NCBI GenBank assembly: GCA_011322515.1
Contig: DRMS01000322.1
Coordinates: 1 to 29,148 of the forward strand
Source: Leucothrix mucor
Lineage (GTDB): Bacteria > Pseudomonadota > Gammaproteobacteria > Thiotrichales > Thiotrichaceae
DNA: 29,148 nucleotides
Direction: 5' to 3'
Shown: positions 20,578 to 29,148 of the stretch, piece by piece
Numbering within the stretch: the first letter of the stretch is position 1
Layout: every line of letters starts with the position of its first letter
Program-made: the position numbers and the translations under genes
The notes under the pieces: generated by a model
Seen by the model: only the letters and a program-made list of their open reading frames with translations
What the model was told of the DNA's origin: nothing
Database searches by the model: none

Positions 20578-21969
20578 TTAATTTTTTGTCGATTTAATAA
20601 AATCCACAAAATGCTTTGCCCAATGATAGCGTTTGGTATCACGCATATGCGTATAGGATGCTAATAAGTTTTTATATACCCAACCATCTTCACTGCCTGT
20701 TATTCCTGTGCCTCTTAGGACACGAAAGGCAAATTTACCTTTTTTGTTTAAATTATCCAGCTTTGAATAGTGAAACTCATGCGCAGCTATTAGCTCGCCC
20801 TGTGGATGAGTACCCCACAGCATATGCGCTGTTTCTTCGAGTTTAACGTAGCCTCTACCCTGTGGCTTTTCATGCATAATGGTGTCGGCTGGGATAATAC
20901 CTACCATATCTAGTGTTTTATCCTTCCAGCTTAAACTTTCCGATAGATACATCAAGCCACCACACTCTGCGTAAGTTGGCAGACCTGCCTCAATAAGATC
21001 GTATATTTCCTGACGTAGACTGGTGTTTGCTGACAGTTTCTCCATATGTGTTTCAGGGAAGCCCCCCCCTATAAATAATCCATCTAAATCTTTAGGCAAA
21101 TGTGCGTCGTTGAGAGTATTGATGGTAATCAGTTCTGCACCTTGTGCTTGCAACGCCTCTAAGTCATCTTGATAATAAAAACCAAAAGCGGAGTCTTTGC
21201 AGATACCAATACGCAATTTATCAGATTGGATAAGCTCCACAGCATCTTTCACTATGATTTCCTTATTTTCTGGTACCATAACACTTGGCGCCGTCTTCGC
21301 AATTGACAAAACGCTATCTAAATCGACTTGTTGCGCGATTAATGAGGCTATATTAGTAATTTTTTCAGTTGCCAACTCACTTTCATTAATCGGCATTAAA
21401 CCAAGGTGACGCTCTACCAATACTAAATCATTATGTTTATGCACTGCGCCCAAAACAGGCACATCAGTATACGCCTCAACAACACCACGCAATTTACGTT
21501 CATGCCGTGCGCCACCGACCATATTAAAAATCACACCTGCAATCTTTATCGTTGGATCAAACTGCTGATAGCCTAGCAATAATGGCGCAACGCCACGCGT
21601 AACGCCGCGCGTATCAATAACTAACACCACAGGCGTAGCTAACAACTTAACAATCGCCGCATTACTATCAGTGCCATCCACTTTTACCCCATCATATAAA
21701 CCCTTATTTCCCTCTATAATAGAAATATCAGCCCCTTCTGAGTGATGACTGACTTTAGTAAGAATTTCCTCATCTGTCATGGTGTTAAAGTCAAGGTTAT
21801 AACAACGACCATGACTCGCCTTCGCCAACCATAGCGGGTCAATATAGTCAGGACCTTTTTTAAAGGACTGTACTTTCAGCCCTCTATTATGCAAAGCAGT
21901 GCATAAGCCCAAAGAGAGAGTTGTTTTACCTGATGATTTATGAGCTGCGGAAATATAGATGCTAGACAT
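20578..21969 (-). CDS. dsrN: Siroheme amidase DsrN (cobyrinate a,c-diamide synthase family)
   Basis: KSSGKTT, KKGPDYIDP, EGNKGLYDG, ERHLGL, YAECGGLMYL, HEFHYS; dsrR neighbour favours dsrN over cbiA/cobB. Confidence 0.85.
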   Translation of the reverse strand: MSSIYISAAHKSSGKTTLSLGLCTALHNRGLKVQSFKKGPDYIDPLWLAKASHGRCYNLDFNTMTDEEILTKVSHHSEGADISIIEGNKGLYDGVKVDGTDSNAAIVKLLATPVVLVIDTRGVTRGVAPLLLGYQQFDPTIKIAGVIFNMVGGARHERKLRGVVEAYTDVPVLGAVHKHNDLVLVERHLGLMPINESELATEKITNIASLIAQQVDLDSVLSIAKTAPSVMVPENKEIIVKDAVELIQSDKLRIGICKDSAFGFYYQDDLEALQAQGAELITINTLNDAHLPKDLDGLFIGGGFPETHMEKLSANTSLRQEIYDLIEAGLPTYAECGGLMYLSESLSWKDKTLDMVGIIPADTIMHEKPQGRGYVKLEETAHMLWGTHPQGELIAAHEFHYSKLDNLNKKGKFAFRVLRGTGITGSEDGWVYKNLLASYTHMRDTKRYHWAKHFVDFIKSTKN

Positions 21970-22247
21970 GGTGGAATATAGTTAAGTGGGGATATGACGG
22001 AGTATGTTTTAAGATCTATAAAACATCAAGCTTACGGCTTTTTAAATCGAAAAAAAGGGGAGGGTCGTCCAAACACCTTGAATTAGTTTACAAGGTGTTA
22101 AAAATTTTGCATTCGCTATTCAAATTCACAGTGAATTGATTCCAAAGCAAAGATTATGGGCAGCGATATAACTTTGTTGGAGATCTCGTTGGCTAAGCAA
22201 GATCCCTAATAAACACACCTCGGGGATGATGAGTAGTTGGTAACTAA

Positions 22248-22408
22248 GGAACGTGCGCGAAACAACTTCCCGATCTCTAACTTGCTTTTTTATCCCAGCT
22301 TGGATGATCTTATTCGTTGCATAGAGTGACTATGCGCCTCATGAGCTCATCTAATCTGAAATAAAAATTCTGCGTTAGAACTTCGGGAGGTTATTCCAGG
22401 CACGTTCC
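22248..22408. mobile_element. 161-bp foldback MITE-like element, family B copy 1
   Basis: Ends ggaacgtgc / gcacgttcc, imperfect palindrome along its length, flanked by TAA on both sides (22245-22247, 22409-22411). Confidence 0.75.
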
Positions 22409-22478
22409 TAACTATGAAGAATGCCAAAGTATGCTATTATTTTGTGGCTTTTTTAATTTCACTTACCAAGGGAAGATT

Positions 22479-22820
22479 ATGAAAATTCGCAATTTATTAC
22501 TTGTAGCCATCGTTGCAAGCTTATCCGTTGCCTGTACTCAAGAAACACAAAATAAATTTGGACGTGCGATAAATAACTGGACAGGAACAGATGGTGTATT
22601 AGAAGTATATGCTGGCAATAAGCTGGTGAGACGTTTTATGAAAATAGATAAGCTGTCAACGGCTGTTGGAACGACTAGTGATAAAGATCGTCCTTATCGT
22701 TATGGTTACGGGGTTTTAGATAGCAACCTTAACGGCAAAGTAGATAAAGGTGAAAAGAAGGTTTATTTTGAAGTGAGTGATTACTCTACGCCTTATATTT
22801 TCTTTGAAAACCCCAATTAA
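22479..22820 (+). CDS. Hypothetical lipoprotein with EF-hand-like motif
   Basis: MKIRNLLLVAIVASLSVAC lipobox (ATG 22479, AAGGGA upstream); DSNLNGKVDKGE motif. Confidence 0.8.
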   Translation: MKIRNLLLVAIVASLSVACTQETQNKFGRAINNWTGTDGVLEVYAGNKLVRRFMKIDKLSTAVGTTSDKDRPYRYGYGVLDSNLNGKVDKGEKKVYFEVSDYSTPYIFFENPN

Positions 22821-22844
22821 AACGGATTGATCAATCCGTTTTAA
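22817..22844. repeat. Perfect 28-bp loopless palindrome over the lipoprotein stop codon
   Basis: ttaaaacggattga|tcaatccgttttaa. Confidence 0.8.
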
Positions 22845-22862
22845 AAATGGGCTATCAACTTA

Positions 22863-23023
22863 GGAACGAGCACGCAACAACCTCCTCATCTCTAGCTTGC
22901 TTTTTTATCCCAGCTTGGATGATCTCATTCGTTGCGTAGAGTGACTATGCGCCTTATCAGTTCATCCCATCTGAAATAAAAATTCTGCGTTAGAACTTCG
23001 GGAAGTTATTCCGTGCTCGTTCC
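22863..23023. mobile_element. 161-bp foldback element, family B copy 2
   Basis: Same length and orientation as copy 1; about 18 differences by hand count (~89% identity); ends ggaacgagcac / gtgctcgttcc. Confidence 0.75.
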
Positions 23024-23115
23024 GATGCCGTTAGGCGAGGCGGTTTTTCTTGGCACATAAGCCATCTATTTCACCTAACGCTATCGGAGGAGTAGTGAGT
23101 CTGAAGGCTCACTTT
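23021..23115. repeat. Family C hairpin, second copy
   Basis: tccgatgccgttaggcgaggcggtt...cacctaacgctatcgga plus tail gagtctgaaggctcactt, homologous to 17126-17222. Confidence 0.75.
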
Positions 23116-23180
23116 CTCTTCAATTAAGTGGGAAATGTAATCATAAGATAAATCTTACACTCCTTCACAATAGAAAGTGT

Positions 23181-23316
23181 GATTACCAATTTAAGGCGGG
23201 ACAGTTAATGTTTCTGCCTATTTACCCGCACCCTTCGACAAGCTAGTTCCCTGAGCTTGTCGAAGGGTGCGGGTTGTTTGCTATGACTTTACTTGTCCCA
23301 CCTTAAGTTGGTAGCC
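23181..23316. mobile_element. MITE family A, 136 bp, inverted relative to the 14184 copy
   Basis: TIRs gattaccaatttaaggcgggaca / tgtcccaccttaagttggtagcc; TSD gaaagtgt / aaaagtgt (7 of 8); small deletion in the central hairpin. Confidence 0.9.
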
Positions 23317-23351
23317 AAAAGTGTCAACTATGAAATAAAGGATGTCCAAAT

Positions 23352-23993
23352 TTACCGCATACTCTGCAACAACTGGTCTGCCTCTTTTAGCATTTTAGAG
23401 CGTTCAAATAACAACTTCCAACGTCCTCCTCCCGCTTGATCCCATAATAACGCTGCACGAACAGCCCCTAGTAGCAGGGCACGTATTTTCGATGCGGTTT
23501 CAGGATTGCCTAAATGCATTTGATCGCCCTTAACCATAATGCGTGGGCCTAATTTCCCAATCGTTTCAGAGTACGTTTTTGCGAGGTTGGCAACAATATT
23601 GGGGTGAGTTAAATCAAAAAATTCCAGTTTTCCTTGTGTTTCTTGAATATCTTGCATCAGCTCATCAAAAACATCGTTATTTTGCATTAGTTTGCGTTGC
23701 AGATGTAAAATATTGATAGAGTAACGTGTGGATTGCATATCTTTTGGACGACCATCAGGATCAATCTGTCGAGCACCTAGGTTATACATCAATGCACCAA
23801 GCCCTGTTTTTAGGTTTGCCAGCTCACCATATATCTCTTCAATACTATCAGCCTCATCATATAGCAAACTACCAAGGCAGATGGATAATTGCTTAGAATC
23901 GCACTGCCCCTTGTAGGCTAGTTTTATAACGCCATCGATACAATAAAAGAGGGCGCTAAGTGCAAGTGTTCTATTCCGAATATTCGCTTCCAA
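23352..23993 (-). CDS. hflD: High-frequency lysogenization protein HflD
   Basis: LGPRIMVKGDQMHL...KIRALLLGAVRAALLWDQAGGGRWKLLFER; follows mnmA; TTG start. Confidence 0.93.
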   Translation of the reverse strand: MEANIRNRTLALSALFYCIDGVIKLAYKGQCDSKQLSICLGSLLYDEADSIEEIYGELANLKTGLGALMYNLGARQIDPDGRPKDMQSTRYSINILHLQRKLMQNNDVFDELMQDIQETQGKLEFFDLTHPNIVANLAKTYSETIGKLGPRIMVKGDQMHLGNPETASKIRALLLGAVRAALLWDQAGGGRWKLLFERSKMLKEADQLLQSMR

Positions 23994-24040
23994 AAGATTT
24001 ACTCATGGTTATGATGATAAAAAACTGCGGTACTGAGTGA

Positions 24041-25150
24041 TTAGGTACACTCAGCCTTCATGCTATCAATAATACCGCCACCCAGACAGACATCATGATC
24101 ATAAAAAACAATAGATTGACCGGGGGTAATAGCGCGTTGCGGTTGCTCAAAACATACCATTGCTATTTGATTTTTTATGATAACCTGACACGCTTCATCC
24201 GCCTGACGATAGCGTATTTTAGCGTTGCACTTAAATTTATTAGCAGGAGGTTTTCCAGCAACCCAGTGCAATTGAGAGGCGTGTAACTGTTGTTTTAATA
24301 GTAATGGATGCTGATGTCCCTGTCCTGCAATTAAATGATTTTTCTGTAAATTTTTTGCAACCACAAACCAAGGCTCATCACTTGCCGTTTTTAATCCACC
24401 TATTCGCAAACCTTGGCGCTGACCTAAGGTATAATACATAAGCCCCTGATGTTCGCCGATAACCTCGCCTTCTGGGGTAATAATTTCACCAGGTTGTGCA
24501 GGAATAAAACGCTGTAAAAAATCTTTAAATTTGCGTTCACCAATAAAGCAAATACCCGTACTGTCCTTTTTATCAGCGGTATCAAACCCTGCTTTTTTAG
24601 CCAGTTTTCTTACCATAGATTTTTCCAGCGCCCCCACAGGAAAGAGGCTTTTAGAGAGCTGTTGCTGTCCTAAGGTATATAAAAAATAACTCTGATCTTT
24701 GTTATTATCAGAACCTTTCAACATGCGTGCATTGTCAGGTTCAGAATGATCAATACAGGCATAATGACCCGTTGCAATATAATCTGCTCCAATATCGATA
24801 GCGTAATCTAAAAAGGCTTTAAACTTTATCTCCTTATTACATAAAATATCAGGATTAGGTGTGCGTCCTGAACGGTATTCTGCTAAGAAATATTCAAAGA
24901 CACGATCCCAGTATTCAGTAGAAAAATTTACCGTATGCAATTTGATGCCTAGCTGATCACTAACAGACTGTGCATCCGCCAAATCAGTGGTAGCAGTACA
25001 ATACTCCTCAGTATCATCCTCCTCCCAGTTTTTCATAAACAGCCCTTCCACTTGATAGCCCTGTTGCAATAACAACAACGCCGCTACAGAAGAATCAACA
25101 CCGCCAGACATGCCAACGATCACACGGGTATTTTCGGAGATTTTTTTCAT
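24041..25150 (-). CDS. mnmA: tRNA-specific 2-thiouridylase
   Basis: [52 protein letters not shown]. Confidence 0.99.
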   Translation of the reverse strand: MKKISENTRVIVGMSGGVDSSVAALLLLQQGYQVEGLFMKNWEEDDTEEYCTATTDLADAQSVSDQLGIKLHTVNFSTEYWDRVFEYFLAEYRSGRTPNPDILCNKEIKFKAFLDYAIDIGADYIATGHYACIDHSEPDNARMLKGSDNNKDQSYFLYTLGQQQLSKSLFPVGALEKSMVRKLAKKAGFDTADKKDSTGICFIGERKFKDFLQRFIPAQPGEIITPEGEVIGEHQGLMYYTLGQRQGLRIGGLKTASDEPWFVVAKNLQKNHLIAGQGHQHPLLLKQQLHASQLHWVAGKPPANKFKCNAKIRYRQADEACQVIIKNQIAMVCFEQPQRAITPGQSIVFYDHDVCLGGGIIDSMKAECT

Positions 25151-25498
25151 AGCATAGAGGATACCCGATATTTCCCTTCATCTCTAAAAATAGTCTGTTT
25201 GTTTTTTAGGCTTTCCTTGGGTTCTTTACTTGCCCATCATTATCGTAAATTACTATTTATGATCTCTGTGAAAGAATAGCCTTATTCTTGAGTAGCTAGA
25301 GCATGATGCTCTCTGGAGGAAAGACAAAAATAGAATTCAACACCTCCGCCAAATCTAAACGGTAGGCGGATAAGTGTAACGCATTCGTAACTTCTCATAA
25401 ATTGTAGGTAAGACCATATTCGATTGAATGCTTTTACGGAAGATTTTAGTGGAATGCTTGGTAGATTGGGAGTTGCGAAGTATCGCAATTTTTTATTT

Positions 25499-27385
25499 CT
25501 ACAGCGTTGCTAGATTACCTTTATCTTCCAACCAGGTTTTGCGATCTTGAGCGCGTTTGCGCGATAGCAACATACTCATCATGCTTTCAGTTTTTTCAGG
25601 ATCATTCAGGGTTAATTGTACCAAGCGGCGGGTATCAGGATTCATCGTCGTTTCGCGTAGTTGGAGTGGGTTCATTTCCCCTAAGCCTTTAAAGCGCGTC
25701 ACCGTTATCTTGCCTTTTAGCTTTTCTTTTTCAATACGATCTAAAATAGCCTGACGTTCTGATTCATCCAATGCGTATTCAATTTTTTTACCAACATCAA
25801 CGCGATATAAAGGTGGCATCGCAATGTATACATGGCCTGCAACAACTAAGGCCTTAAAATGCTTAACAAATAAGGCGCAAAGTAGAGTGGCAATATGTGC
25901 GCCATCAGAGTCTGCATCAGCGAGTATGCACACCTTGCCATAGCGTAAGCCGTTTAAGTCATCAGACGCTGGTTCTATGCCAAGCGCAACCGAAATATCA
26001 TGTATTTCTTGAGAAGCAAGTACTTGATCTGAATGCACTTCCCATGTATTCAAAATTTTCCCGCGCAAGGGCATAATAGCCTGAAACTCTCGGCTACGTG
26101 CTTGCTTTGCGGAGCCACCTGCCGAATCTCCTTCCACTAAAAATAATTCAGTTTGTGATAAATCTTGTGAGGAGCAGTCAGACAATTTTCCTGGTAGTGC
26201 AGGGCCACTGGATATTTTTTTGCGTACTACTTTTTTACTGGCGCGTTGGCGTTTTTGCGCATTATTAATCACATGCTCTGCAATTAGGTCGCCTGTTTCT
26301 GCATGGTGATTTAAATAGAGGCTAAAGGCATCTTTAACTGCATTCGTAACCAGTTTTGCGGAGGTGCGTGACGATAAGCGCTCTTTCGTTTGCCCTGCAA
26401 ATTGTGGGTCTTGTATTTTAATGGATAAGACAAAAGACAGCTTGTCCCAGATATCATCAGGGGTTAGTTTGAGACCGCGTGGTAGTAAGTTTCTAAACTC
26501 ACAAAACTCACGCAATGCATCGGTAATCCCTGTGCGTAAACCATTAACATGAGTTCCACCTTGTATGGTAGGAATGAGGTTTACATAACTTTCTTGTATC
26601 AGGTCGCCGCCCTCAGGAAGCCATAGAAACGCCCAGTCAACTTGTTCGCCATCATTCGTGAAATTTCCCAGAAATGCAGTGTCTGGTAAAATTTCAAACT
26701 CTTTAACGCTATCCATTAGATAGTCATTAAGACCCTCCTCATAAAACCACTCTATGGTTTCATTCTTAGCTTCTTCGGTAAAGGTAATGTGTAGCCCAGG
26801 ACATAAAACAGCCTTAGCGCGTAGATTATGTTTTAAGCGGGGTACAGAAAACCGTATGGAGTCAAAATATTGTGCATTTGGCCAAAAATGCAGGCTAGTC
26901 CCTGTATTTTTCTTACCTACTTTACCAATCGCCTTAAGATCACTGGACTTATTGCCATTCTCAAAAATCATTTCATATTCTTGACCATCACGCTTAATAC
27001 GCACTTCAAGAAGCAGTGATAACGCATTCACCACAGAAATACCAACGCCATGCAAGCCACCCGAAAATTGATAATTCTTATCAGAGAATTTTCCGCCCGC
27101 ATGTAAGGTACACATAATCACCTCAACACCTGGCATCTTCTTCTCTGGATGTATATCAACAGGCATACCGCGTCCGTTATCAGTCACTGATAAGGAGCCA
27201 TCAGCATATAAAACCACGCTAACGCGATCAGCAAACCCTGCCATCGCCTCATCAATACTATTATCAATAACCTCTTGGGCTAAATGATTGGGGCGGGTGG
27301 TATCCGTATACATCCCTGGACGCTTACGCACAGGATCAAGCCCAGAAAGGACTTCAATAGCTGCTGCATTGTATTCATTTGTCAT
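25499..27385 (-). CDS. parE: DNA topoisomerase IV subunit B
   Basis: [58 protein letters not shown]; 628 aa without the GyrB insert. Confidence 0.98.
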   Translation of the reverse strand: MTNEYNAAAIEVLSGLDPVRKRPGMYTDTTRPNHLAQEVIDNSIDEAMAGFADRVSVVLYADGSLSVTDNGRGMPVDIHPEKKMPGVEVIMCTLHAGGKFSDKNYQFSGGLHGVGISVVNALSLLLEVRIKRDGQEYEMIFENGNKSSDLKAIGKVGKKNTGTSLHFWPNAQYFDSIRFSVPRLKHNLRAKAVLCPGLHITFTEEAKNETIEWFYEEGLNDYLMDSVKEFEILPDTAFLGNFTNDGEQVDWAFLWLPEGGDLIQESYVNLIPTIQGGTHVNGLRTGITDALREFCEFRNLLPRGLKLTPDDIWDKLSFVLSIKIQDPQFAGQTKERLSSRTSAKLVTNAVKDAFSLYLNHHAETGDLIAEHVINNAQKRQRASKKVVRKKISSGPALPGKLSDCSSQDLSQTELFLVEGDSAGGSAKQARSREFQAIMPLRGKILNTWEVHSDQVLASQEIHDISVALGIEPASDDLNGLRYGKVCILADADSDGAHIATLLCALFVKHFKALVVAGHVYIAMPPLYRVDVGKKIEYALDESERQAILDRIEKEKLKGKITVTRFKGLGEMNPLQLRETTMNPDTRRLVQLTLNDPEKTESMMSMLLSRKRAQDRKTWLEDKGNLATL

Positions 27386-27505
27386 AAAATTAGTTTATAT
27401 GGTGGAAGATGGTTAGATACTTTAGTCTTTATATGAGGGTTATTCAATTACTTATCTGAGGATTGATAAAAATGTTAGCTGGAGAGAAAAGCAGTTATCC
27501 TAATC

Positions 27506-27641
27506 GGCTACCAGTTTAAGGCGGGACAGTTCATGTTTCTTCTATTCACTCGTCCCCTTCGACAAGCTCAGGACGCTAGTTCCCTGAGCTTGTCGAAGGG
27601 GGCGGGTTATTTACCATGACGTTACTTGTCCCGCCTTAAGT
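27506..27641. mobile_element. MITE family A lacking the outer ~8 bp of the right TIR
   Basis: ggctaccagtttaaggcgggacag...cccttcgacaagctcagg...ccctgagcttgtcgaaggg...tgtcccgccttaagt; no adjacent TSD. Confidence 0.85.
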
Positions 27642-28077
27642 CATAATGAGCCTCACAGACTTGTGGGTAACGATATGATCATCTATCCCTGTAAAAAACA
27701 GTCAAAAAATGGTGCAAAGATGAACTTGGAGAAACACTACAGAGCAAAAAAATAAAGGCATTTAGTGAGATTGATAAAGAAACAAAAATAGGATTATCTT
27801 TTTTTGGGGGGGGGAATCATCCTAATCAAAGGGTAGCGTCCCCTTTTTTTCTTTTTTTCCAAGGTATTGATTTACCGACCATAAAAAATGTGGTTATGGT
27901 TTGTAATAAGTTTAATCAATACTTATAAAAATAATTTGCATGACGTCCATCCATACGTTAGATTTACTTAACCGTTAATCTTTGAAAAGTTAGGTAATTA
28001 TTGAATATTTAACTAAACTATTAGATAGACACGGTATTTGTTGGATAAAGGTTTCTTCAACCCGCTATGGATTCGTC

Positions 28078-28863
28078 ATGCTTAGTAAATCACCCAGTTT
28101 TATTATTAGTGCACTCTTTATAGTTGCCGTTATCATCCTTGCGCTGGATGCTAATACGCAACTGTTTTTGCTGATAAATCAATCAGGTTCAGCCTTCGCT
28201 GATGAAATGTGGACAATAATTACCACCTTTGGTAGTCGCTTCTTCGTCTTGCTTTTAGTGTTCATTTTTTTTTGGCGTCATCTAGACCTACTGCGCACAG
28301 CGCTAATCGCAGCACTCATCTCACTGTTAATTGTCGTTAGCCTGAAGTCTCTAATCGCTTTTCCTCGCCCTTATGATGTGTTAAATCCGTCTAGCTTCTA
28401 TTTTATTGGCGAAAAAATGACAACCTACGCCTTTCCATCAGGACACACAGCCACTGCATTTGCCATTATGGGATCGGTAGGATTCTATTTTAAAAATAGT
28501 CCATTACTTCTGTTTAGCTTCTTCTTTGCCTGCCTCATTGGGTTAAGTCGCATTATGCTAGGTGTGCATTGGCCCATTGATATATTAGTAGGCGCCGCAT
28601 TAGGCTGGGCTAGCGCATGGTTAAGTGTTGCTATTATCAATGCTAAATTCATCCGCGATGCTATTGTTTGGGATTATATCACCTATCTTATCTATCTACT
28701 GATAGCGAGCTATTTATTCTGGAAAGGTAGCGTTTATAGTGATGCCTTCTGGCTGGTGAAAGTCATTGCAGCTATCAGTATACTTGTTGCTATAAGTTCT
28801 TTAATCTGGCTCTATAAAGGTGGTAATAAAAACCCTGTCATTGTCACAGGCTGGCTAAGTTGA
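28078..28863 (+). CDS. PAP2-family membrane phosphatase
   Basis: KSLIAFPRP, FPSGHT, SRIMLGVHWPIDI motifs; multiple TM segments. Confidence 0.92.
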   Translation: MLSKSPSFIISALFIVAVIILALDANTQLFLLINQSGSAFADEMWTIITTFGSRFFVLLLVFIFFWRHLDLLRTALIAALISLLIVVSLKSLIAFPRPYDVLNPSSFYFIGEKMTTYAFPSGHTATAFAIMGSVGFYFKNSPLLLFSFFFACLIGLSRIMLGVHWPIDILVGAALGWASAWLSVAIINAKFIRDAIVWDYITYLIYLLIASYLFWKGSVYSDAFWLVKVIAAISILVAISSLIWLYKGGNKNPVIVTGWLS

Positions 28864-28945
28864 ATGATTATCAACCCATAGCCTGTGAACCGCATAAGGA
28901 AGTAATAATTATCAATAGTCTTTAGGAAGTTCAAAGCAATGATTC

Positions 28946-29007
28946 TATAGTTTTTCACATAAATAATTGCACCCTTCGACTCCGCTCAGGGTACAGCTCC
29001 CTGAGCG
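28946..29007. repeat. Truncated second copy of the 1581 hairpin unit
   Basis: 61 of 62 identical to 1581-1642; breaks off within the right arm. Confidence 0.85.
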
Positions 29008-29148
29008 CATATCGTTACCCACATCTTTGATTAGCATCCCATCCTTCGAATTTTTTGTTAAAATAAGCGACAATATTTACAACAAAACAAAATCAAATGT
29101 TAAATGATGAATTGGTTAATTTGAATCTTGGCGATAAAAGACTAAAAA

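Noticed and set aside
20578-21969. cbiA/cobB of cobalamin synthesis
   Set aside because: No cob/cbi neighbours, and it is followed by Cys-less dsrR and a rhodanese, so dsrN fits better.
22248-23023. Family B elements as integron attC sites around a gene cassette (ctctaac...gcgttagaa)
   Set aside because: The boxes do not fit RYYYAAC/GTTRRRY, copy 2 has tagc instead of taac, symmetry extends well beyond the GTT, the site is ~60 bp from the stop codon, and no integrase is seen.
25463-25494. Hairpin ttgcga-agta-tcgcaa as the parE terminator
   Set aside because: The stem is only 6 bp and the T-tract is on the strand opposite to parE transcription.
27498-27827. tcctaatc at 27498 and 27820 as the TSD of a 314-bp extended MITE
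   Set aside because: No TIR-like sequence precedes the second copy; chance cannot be excluded.
27642-28077. oriC in the parE-PAP2 intergenic region
   Set aside because: Only one or two degenerate DnaA-box-like 9-mers (e.g. tgtgggtaa), with no clustered boxes or recognisable unwinding repeats.

Overview
Low-GC gammaproteobacterial chromosome segment, probably from a sulfur oxidiser (dsrN/dsrR present; Thiotrichales-like by inference) and probably near the origin (perfect parS in recF; 17 of 22 genes on the minus strand). It holds housekeeping genes (lpxC, gyrB, recF, hemF, mltD, hflD, mnmA, parE), a redox cluster (glutathione(-amide) reductase, Prx5-Grx hybrid, oxyR, thioredoxin-like protein) and a dsrN-dsrR-sensor kinase-NarL-type regulator-rhodanese operon. 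No rRNA, tRNA, CRISPR array or intact transposase is visible. Most of the unusual signal is intergenic. (1) A MITE family with GGCTACC terminal inverted repeats (TIRs) and 8-bp target-site duplications (TSDs) carries different internal hairpins, and one copy rewrote the OxyR C-terminus. (2) An intact gene fuses an IS5-transposase-like N-terminal domain (no DDE) to a zinc ribbon. (3) Two 161-bp foldback elements bracket a lipoprotein gene. Several normally conserved operons are broken, often at repeat-rich junctions. All family calls come from motif recognition by eye; no database search was run.
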